Shown one piece after another: positions 57,798 to 64,000 of a stretch of DNA of 64,000 nucleotides. Source of the stretch: Calditrichales bacterium (GTDB lineage Bacteria > Calditrichota > Calditrichia > Calditrichales > J004); assembly GCA_965267575.1 (NCBI GenBank), contig OZ254086.1, forward strand, positions 1,120,001 through 1,184,000, read 5' to 3'. The notes beneath the pieces were generated by a model, which saw only the letters and a list, made by a program, of their open reading frames with translations, was not told the DNA's origin and searched no databases. The translations under genes and the position numbers were made by a program. The stretch's first letter is position 1. Each line of letters begins with the position of its first letter.

Positions 57798-59132
57798 CTA
57801 CTTCAACAGCAACATTTTGCGCGACAGCATTTGCCCTTCGCTGCGCAGGCGATAAATATAAATGCCCCCTGCCAGATTGTTTCCATGCCGGTCGCGGCCA
57901 TTCCAGGTAACACTGTGTTGTCCTGCCGATAGAACAGCGTTTTCAAGCAGCGCCACACGGCGACCAAGCAGATCATACACGGTCAGCTCGGTATGGGCGG
58001 TTTTGGGCAGAGTGAAGCGTATTTCCGTGGTTGGGTTAAAGGGGTTGGGGAAATTTTGATAAAGCTGCAGGCTGCGCGGTAAAAACCGGCCTCTGTCCGC
58101 GATGGCCGTCGCCGAAGCATCATAGCGGTAGAGCGTGCGTCCCGCCGCGTAACCCAGCGTATCGCCAAAAAAGCGCAAGCGGTTCACGCGTGATCCAAAT
58201 TCCGCGGAATACCAGGTTTCGCCGCCATCAACGGTTTCGTAAGTGGGAAAGCTGCTGTTGCCGCCAATCCAGCCGACGGAATCGGTGATGAAGCCGATGC
58301 CCTGCACAAAATAGTAGTCGCTGGAAAAAAGCTTCTCTTCCCAGGTCTCCCCGCCGTCCGTCGTTTTAAGAAAATAGATGGGCGCGCTGTAGTTGCGCTG
58401 CAACGATACATAGCCCACGCTGTCCGACGGGAAGGAGATCTTCCAGCACCACTCACCCGTGCGCGTTGTTTTAAAATGCTTGTACCAGCTTTGCCCGCCA
58501 TCGGTGGTGGCCAGAATAATGCCGCTGGATTGCTGGTGGTCGCTGTTGCTGAGCCCAACGGCAATGCCCGTATCGGGGTTTAGAAAATGGACATCGATCA
58601 GACCCGCGGCCAGGTGGTTAAGATCTTTGGAAAACCAGCTTTTGCCGCCATCGTTACTGCGGACAAAGTAGGCCGGGCCCCTTACACGGCCCACCGCGCA
58701 AATCGTGGAATCGTTCAGCACTTGCATGCCGCACAGCCCCGCTGGAGTTGGTCCGTCAAACAGGTTGGGCCAGGGCTGCCATTGCTGCCCGCCGTTTTCG
58801 GTATAGTAAAGCACGGTTGTGTCCGTGGCGCCAAACTCGCCATCACCGACAGTGCCCGCCCAGCCCTGCCGGCTGTTAAAAAAACCCACGCTGCGAAAAT
58901 GCGTTTCCAGATTGGTCTGGTCCTGATCCAGTTGCAGAAACCAGCTTGTGCCGCCGTTGTCCGTACGGTAAATCTGGCCCCAGCCGTTTACGGCCCAGCC
59001 GCTGTCCGGCGCGGTAAAATAGATATCATTATAGCGTGAAACGACGGTGGCGCCGGGCAGCTCCTGCCAGGTACCATCGCTTTGGGCGTAGACGGATGTG
59101 ACGGTAATAAGTAAAACGGCCAGCACGCGCAT
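57798..59132 (-). CDS. Secreted Ycf48-like BNR propeller protein with T9SS/FlgD CTD
   Basis: TDNGGTSW, TENGGQQW, SNDGGKSW, TTDGGQSW, TTDGGETW; QNFPNPFNP...WNGRD...RKMLLLK. Confidence 0.88.
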   Translation of the reverse strand: MRVLAVLLITVTSVYAQSDGTWQELPGATVVSRYNDIYFTAPDSGWAVNGWGQIYRTDNGGTSWFLQLDQDQTNLETHFRSVGFFNSRQGWAGTVGDGEFGATDTTVLYYTENGGQQWQPWPNLFDGPTPAGLCGMQVLNDSTICAVGRVRGPAYFVRSNDGGKSWFSKDLNHLAAGLIDVHFLNPDTGIAVGLSNSDHQQSSGIILATTDGGQSWYKHFKTTRTGEWCWKISFPSDSVGYVSLQRNYSAPIYFLKTTDGGETWEEKLFSSDYYFVQGIGFITDSVGWIGGNSSFPTYETVDGGETWYSAEFGSRVNRLRFFGDTLGYAAGRTLYRYDASATAIADRGRFLPRSLQLYQNFPNPFNPTTEIRFTLPKTAHTELTVYDLLGRRVALLENAVLSAGQHSVTWNGRDRHGNNLAGGIYIYRLRSEGQMLSRKMLLLK

Positions 59133-59269
59133 GGGGAAGTCCTTCCGTTTAAGAATAAATGTTTACGAGAGATGAGTGCAATCGTATAAAAATTAAACGT
59201 TTTTTCCAAACGGAATATGGCGGGAGGGGAAAATCGATAAATCGGTTGCGGGAGCCGCGTTTATGCTCA

Positions 59270-59294
59270 AACCCACGACTGGAAGTCGTGGGTT
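59270..59294. repeat. Perfect palindrome (IS200/IS605-end- or REP-like hairpin)
   Basis: AACCCACGACT-GGA-AGTCGTGGGTT, 11-bp stem, no transposase nearby. Confidence 0.5.
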
Positions 59295-59403
59295 AATACT
59301 TCAAGCCTGCTTTGCCATAACGGGAAATAAGCTTAGCCAATGATTTTACTAATGGGCTTTTAGGAACTTGGCAAAATGGCGAACCGCATTATGGGTTTTG
59401 TGC

Positions 59404-59901
59404 CTATTTAAGCTGGTTGATCTTTTCCACGATTTGTCCCAGCACAGCGTTATCAAGCCGTGTAACAGCAGTTTGCAGGTGCTTTTTGCCGGCCTTGTCG
59501 AACACGAGGATGTTGCAGTGTTCTTCCTTCATAGTGTAGGTGTTGGCAAACTTACCGTCCCAATCAAGCAGCACCCAATTTTCCTTTTCATCGGGCATAA
59601 AGCCACGCACGATAGCCTTCATAAAAAAGGGCACGCCCTGCACATCGGCCACACCGATAAAGGCGATATCACCGTCACGCTCGTTAAGCGCCAGCGAGTC
59701 GATCAGGGCAGTGATCCATTCGCGGTTGTACTCGCTGCCTTCGCGGTCACTGGCAATCACCACGGCCACCTGCCCGCGGAACTGTTCGCGGTTGTACTCA
59801 CGCTTAAACTGGTCTTCCATTTCGAATTGAATGAGGCTGTCGCCTTCAGCGGCCATAAGCAGGCTCCCGGTTAACAGAAACATCAGCATATATTTGATCA
59901 C
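59404..59901 (-). CDS. Exported thioredoxin-like fold protein without CxxC (YtfJ-like)
   Basis: Signal peptide; FEMEDQF...; VLLDWDGKFA...ILVFDKAGK redoxin-like pattern. Confidence 0.6.
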   Translation of the reverse strand: MIKYMLMFLLTGSLLMAAEGDSLIQFEMEDQFKREYNREQFRGQVAVVIASDREGSEYNREWITALIDSLALNERDGDIAFIGVADVQGVPFFMKAIVRGFMPDEKENWVLLDWDGKFANTYTMKEEHCNILVFDKAGKKHLQTAVTRLDNAVLGQIVEKINQLK

Positions 59902-59991
59902 AATACTTTCTCCGTTTCATACATTTGTTTTTCTGGCGTCTTAAAATCCTATCATCTATTTTTGGGGCTGTTTTATTCCTGAGAGAGAAAT

Positions 59992-60459
59992 ATGTTAAAC
60001 AGTTTTGAATTGTTCAGGCCTCAACGCGTGGCGCCGGCAACCCCCTTGGAGCGCGTTGGCGACATCCTGCAGTATGCTTTGCCCTGGGCGGCTTTGCTGG
60101 CCGTGGCGCTCACGGGTCACGTGCGTGGCGCGCAAATCTGGCTGTGGAGCGGCGCGCTGAATGCGCTGTTAACCCATCTTCTGAAATATCTGTTCAACTT
60201 TACCGGCCTGGGCCGGCGTCCCGATGGCGGAGCGTTCAGTTTTCCCAGCGGCCACACGTCTAGCGCGTTTATGGGAGCCGCCTTTTTCTTTTTTTATTTT
60301 GGTATGAATGTCTGGGTTCTGCTGGCCGTTTTGCTGGCGGGACTTACCGCCTACAGCCGCGTGGAAGCAGGCCGCCACTACTGGCGTGATGTCATCGCCG
60401 GCGCGATCCTAGCAACGCTTATTGTCTGGCTGGTTTTTCGCACGGCAGGGATGTTTTGA
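59992..60459 (+). CDS. PAP2 family phosphatase
   Basis: K...RP, SFPSGHTS, SRVEAGRHYWRDV motifs. Confidence 0.9.
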   Translation: MLNSFELFRPQRVAPATPLERVGDILQYALPWAALLAVALTGHVRGAQIWLWSGALNALLTHLLKYLFNFTGLGRRPDGGAFSFPSGHTSSAFMGAAFFFFYFGMNVWVLLAVLLAGLTAYSRVEAGRHYWRDVIAGAILATLIVWLVFRTAGMF

Positions 60460-60467
60460 TTGGTTTT

Positions 60468-60531
60468 GGTCCGGGGGTCTAGAGGTCTTGATGTCTTGTG
60501 GTCATGGAGTCTTGGGGTCACGGAGTCAAAA
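60468..60531 (+). repeat. Degenerate 8-bp tandem repeat (about 8 copies, NGTCNNNN)
   Basis: GGTCCGGG GGTCTAGA GGTCTTGA TGTCTTGT GGTCATGG AGTCTTGG GGTCACGG AGTCAAAA. Confidence 0.6.
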
Positions 60532-60568
60532 AGCCTGCGCCCACGAGCCGGTTAAACCCAACGTCTGT

Positions 60569-60597
60569 GTCCGGACATAGCGCTGCTATGTCTCTAC
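60569..60597 (-). repeat. GTAG-type REP-like palindrome
   Basis: Minus strand GTAGAGACATAGCAGCGCTATGTCCGGAC. Confidence 0.55.
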
Positions 60598-60628
60598 ATC
60601 AAATTTGGCGCATCCGGGTCTTATAAAC

Positions 60629-60655
60629 AAAAAAGGCCGTCACGGGGACGGCCTT
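60629..60655 (-). terminator. Intrinsic terminator of the M13 peptidase gene
   Basis: Minus strand AAGGCCGTC-CCCGT-GACGGCCTTTTTT. Confidence 0.75.
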
Positions 60656-60675
60656 AAAATTATGCTCAACAACTT

Positions 60676-62697
60676 TTACCAGATTTTAACGCGCTTATCT
60701 TCGGGACGGAAATGACCGTCACCTTCATCCACATCAAAAGCGGCGTAAAACTCCGGCATATTGGCCACGATACCGTTTGTGCGGTAGCGGCTCGGTGAAT
60801 GCGGATCGGTTTTCAGACGCTGACGCAGCTCATCATCGCGGTATTTACGCGCCCAGATTTGCGCCCAGCCCATAAAAAAGCGCTGGTCTCCGGTAAAACC
60901 ATCAATGACCGGTGCTTCCTGGCCCTGCAAAGATTTCTTGTAAGCGTAGTAGGCGATTGTCAAACCGCCCAGGTCGGCAATGTTCTCGCCCAGGGTCAAT
61001 TTGCCGTTCACATGCATTGTATCAATCGGGTTATATTGGTTGTATTGCTCCACCATGATCTGCGCGCGTTCTTCAAAGCGCTCGGCATCCACGGCGGTCC
61101 ACCAGTCGATCAGGTTGCCGTTGCCGTCGGATTTGCGGCCCTGGTCGTCAAAACCATGGGTCAGCTCGTGGCCAATCACGGCACCAATGGCGCCATAGTT
61201 GACGGCATCGTCGGCTTCCATGTTAAAGAACGGCGGCTGCAGGATAGCGGCCGGGAAAACGATTTCGTTCATGCTGGGGCTGTAGTAGGCATTGACGGTT
61301 TGCGGGGTCATAAACCACTCGTCGCGGTCGATCGGCTTGCCCAGCTTGTCCACATTTTGCATGTAAGACCAGATGGAAGCGCGCTTGCTGTTGCCGACCA
61401 GGTCGCCCTCTTCAACTTCCAGGGCGGAGTAGTCTTTCCACTTGTCCGGGTAGCCGATCTTGGAATTGAACTTTTCCAGTTTTTCAAGCGCCTTTTGTTT
61501 GGTTTCGTCGGTCATCCACTCCAGGCCGTTGATACGATCGCGGAAAGAATCTTTTAAATTGGCCACAAGCACTTCCATGCGCTGCTTGGCTTCCGGCTTA
61601 AAATGGCGCTGCACGTAAACGCGTCCAACTAGTTCGCCCATGGCGCCGGCAACGGCATCAACACCACGTTTCCAGCGCGGACGCTGCTCTTGCACCCCGC
61701 TAAGCGTTCTGCGGAAGAAATCAAAATCTTCCTCGACAAAATTGTCGCTCAACAAACTGGCCGTTGCACTAAGCACAGACCACTTGAGATAGGTTTTCCA
61801 GTCTTCCACGGTGAACGAAGTGTAAATATCGTTGGCCGCTTCTATGTAGCTGGGCTGGCGCACAACGACGCTGTCCACTTCTTCCACGGGCATGGCGGCT
61901 TTGGTCAGGTAGGTTGTCCAGTTGAAATCCGGGGTCAGCTCCTGCAGCCCGGCAAAGGACATCTTATTATAGGTTTTATCACGATCGCGGTTTTCCACGC
62001 GTGTCCAGTGTTTCCCAGCCATCGCGGTTTCCATTTCCATGATGCGCTTGGCCCTGGCTTCGGCGTCATCAATGCCGGCCATTTCAAACATACGCTGCAT
62101 GTGGGCTACAAATTTTTCGCGGATCTCCACAAAACGCGGATTGTCACTGAGGTAGTAGGAGCGGTCCGGCAGGCTGAGACCGGTTTGGGTAACATAGGTG
62201 ATATACTGCTCGGAATTTTTACCATCCTGGCTGACAAACTGGGCAAACGGACCAGCCAGGCCCACTTTGCGCAATTCACCGAAATGGCCCGTCAGCTCTT
62301 CGCGCGTTGCAATCGCATCAATGGCCTCAAGCTCTGAAACGATCGGCGTAATACCCAGCTCTTCTATTTTTACCGTATCCATGAAGCTGTTGTAGTAGTC
62401 GCCGATCTTCTGATGATCGGAGCCTTTTTCCGCTTCGCGGTTGGCAGAAGCCTCTTCGATGATCTTGCGCAGGTTCACTTCCGCTTCATCGGCCAGCTTG
62501 GTAAACATGCCGTAATTGGATTTGTCGGCCGGTATATCGAATGTTTCCAGCCAGGTGCCGTTGGTGTAGGCGTAAAAGTCGTTATCGGCGGCAACCGATG
62601 TGTCCATGTGGGCGGTCTGAATACCGGAAGACATCTGTTTTTGACACGATGCCACAACCAGCAGCAGGGCCGTAAAAAGAGAGAGTCGCTTTATCAT
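60676..62697 (-). CDS. pepO: M13 family metalloendopeptidase (PepO/neprilysin-like) lipoprotein
   Basis: Lipobox VASC; DFYAYTNGTW, KIGYPDKW, VNAYY, FPAAILQPPFF, GHELTHGFDD, LGENIADLGG, DPHSP. Confidence 0.93.
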   Translation of the reverse strand: MIKRLSLFTALLLVVASCQKQMSSGIQTAHMDTSVAADNDFYAYTNGTWLETFDIPADKSNYGMFTKLADEAEVNLRKIIEEASANREAEKGSDHQKIGDYYNSFMDTVKIEELGITPIVSELEAIDAIATREELTGHFGELRKVGLAGPFAQFVSQDGKNSEQYITYVTQTGLSLPDRSYYLSDNPRFVEIREKFVAHMQRMFEMAGIDDAEARAKRIMEMETAMAGKHWTRVENRDRDKTYNKMSFAGLQELTPDFNWTTYLTKAAMPVEEVDSVVVRQPSYIEAANDIYTSFTVEDWKTYLKWSVLSATASLLSDNFVEEDFDFFRRTLSGVQEQRPRWKRGVDAVAGAMGELVGRVYVQRHFKPEAKQRMEVLVANLKDSFRDRINGLEWMTDETKQKALEKLEKFNSKIGYPDKWKDYSALEVEEGDLVGNSKRASIWSYMQNVDKLGKPIDRDEWFMTPQTVNAYYSPSMNEIVFPAAILQPPFFNMEADDAVNYGAIGAVIGHELTHGFDDQGRKSDGNGNLIDWWTAVDAERFEERAQIMVEQYNQYNPIDTMHVNGKLTLGENIADLGGLTIAYYAYKKSLQGQEAPVIDGFTGDQRFFMGWAQIWARKYRDDELRQRLKTDPHSPSRYRTNGIVANMPEFYAAFDVDEGDGHFRPEDKRVKIW

Positions 62698-62789
62698 AAA
62701 GCCTCCAGATTTATTTGAATAAGGTGTTGGCGTCTCTGAACCAAGTCAATGAAGACGGTAAAATACGGCAAAAGTTTATGGCGCCCAAC

Positions 62790-62819
62790 AAAAAAACGCC
62801 CCCGCGCAAGCGGAGGCGT
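62790..62819 (-). terminator. Intrinsic terminator
   Basis: Minus strand ACGCCTCCGC-TTGC-GCGGGGGCGTTTTTTT. Confidence 0.7.
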
Positions 62820-62843
62820 GGAAAAAATAAAGCTTTCCAGAAA

Positions 62844-63747
62844 CTATTTGATCAACAGCATACGTCCGGATTTGCGGAAGCTGCCGGCCTGCAAATGATA
62901 GATATAGACACCGCTGGCCAGACCACTGGCATTAAAAACGACTTCATAACTGCCTGCATCATAAGTCCCATTCACCAGTTCCGCTACAACCTGGCCTTTC
63001 ATATTGTAAACGGAAAGTCTTGCGTCGCCACGCTGCGGCAGGCCAAAGCGAATATGCGTAACCGGGTTAAACGGATTGGGATAATTTTGACTCAACTCGT
63101 ATTGAGGCATCATCCAGCGCGCTGTACAGGAAAGATGTGGTTATGGCCTCTTTGTCCTCGCCGCCCTGGAAGTCGGCCATAATATATCTTTCCAGAACCG
63201 TTCTTTTTTCACCTTCCACAAGATAAATATCCATGACCGGGGTTTCGGCGCCAAGAGCGGTCGTGGAATTCTTCCTGAAAACAGTCCAGTTCATTTCTAC
63301 ATCATCTGAGCCGGAAAAGCGCAACGTGGAACCGGTGTTGTCATCGTCAAACTCAACCGGTATTTCATTAACAGTTGTTGAGGACAAAACCAGCGACATG
63401 AATTCTTTTTCGCTCTCCGACACCGGAAACAGGTAATCAAAGCGCTGATTAACGGTTAAGGGCTTTTCAGAAAGACTATCGGCGGAAATACCTTTATAAA
63501 GTTGTTGCGTTTCGAAATCTGACTTTATGATATAAGGAGCAGAGCTGTATTTTGTCCAGACAGCGCAAGATACACCTCTATCCGGAGTAGTAGGATATTT
63601 GCCTGATGAGAAGTTTTTTGTGCTCCAGGAACTGCCGCTTTTCTTTTTGCGATAAATATTTGATCCACGCTGATAAAAGACATCCACTTCCGAAACATCC
63701 TCAAAGCTTCCATAAATCGAAACGACCGGGTCTCCAAACCTATGACT
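62844..63747 (-). pseudogene. Remnant of a secreted T9SS-CTD protein: 5'-truncated and frameshifted before the CTD
   Basis: Frame open from a TAG at 63748-63750 with no signal peptide. The CTD (YELSQNYPNPFNP...RMLLIK, 62844-63113) is in a different frame. Confidence 0.7.
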
Positions 63748-64000
63748 CTAATTCAAAGCTTAATCAGATTACGGCAAAAACAAAAAACAATTAAATTCCT
63801 TTATACGATCAGCATATTCCACCTCCGTTTCTTTTAACACCTATAAGGGCCGAAATTATCTTGAATTATTTACAATTTGAACAATTCTTGCATTCAAAAA
63901 TTCGTGCCCAACAGTTATCACAAGGTTTTCTGCTACACTTAAGCCTCTTAAAGATGTGGATGTTTCATAAATTTTTTTCCAAGAGGCACCGTTAAAATGG

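Overview
Bacterial chromosomal window that looks like a Calditrichota/FCB-type organism (inferred from gene content, not a database result). About 15 loci encode secreted proteins ending in a 'NYPNPFNP...SG.Y.Y.L...KM.L.K' T9SS type-A/Por sorting domain (CTD), including S41 and M36-type peptidases, a pentaheme cytochrome and several beta-propellers. Also present: groESL, pfkA, cydAB, M28 and M13 peptidases, a hybrid two-component system, an ECF sigma module and tRNA-Val(TAC). The most unusual structure is at 1208-2446, where tRNA-Val sits in a 351-bp tandem array of small GIY-YIG nuclease genes. These alternate with pseudo-tRNA copies whose anticodon arm is replaced by a TCCCGAT-N4-ATCGGGA palindrome and whose 5' half encodes the nuclease C-terminus and stop codon. 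Other highlights: (i) a ~3.4-kb two-gene cassette in tandem, bounded by near-identical CTD-coding tails, with reciprocal frameshifts; (ii) a putative sigma54-type operon of outer-membrane barrels, an HzsA-like diheme lipoprotein, TlpA, DUF4266 and DUF3570; (iii) a sigma54-type/IHF/UAS promoter for groESL; (iv) several REP-like palindrome families. All calls come from motif recognition by eye; no searches were run.
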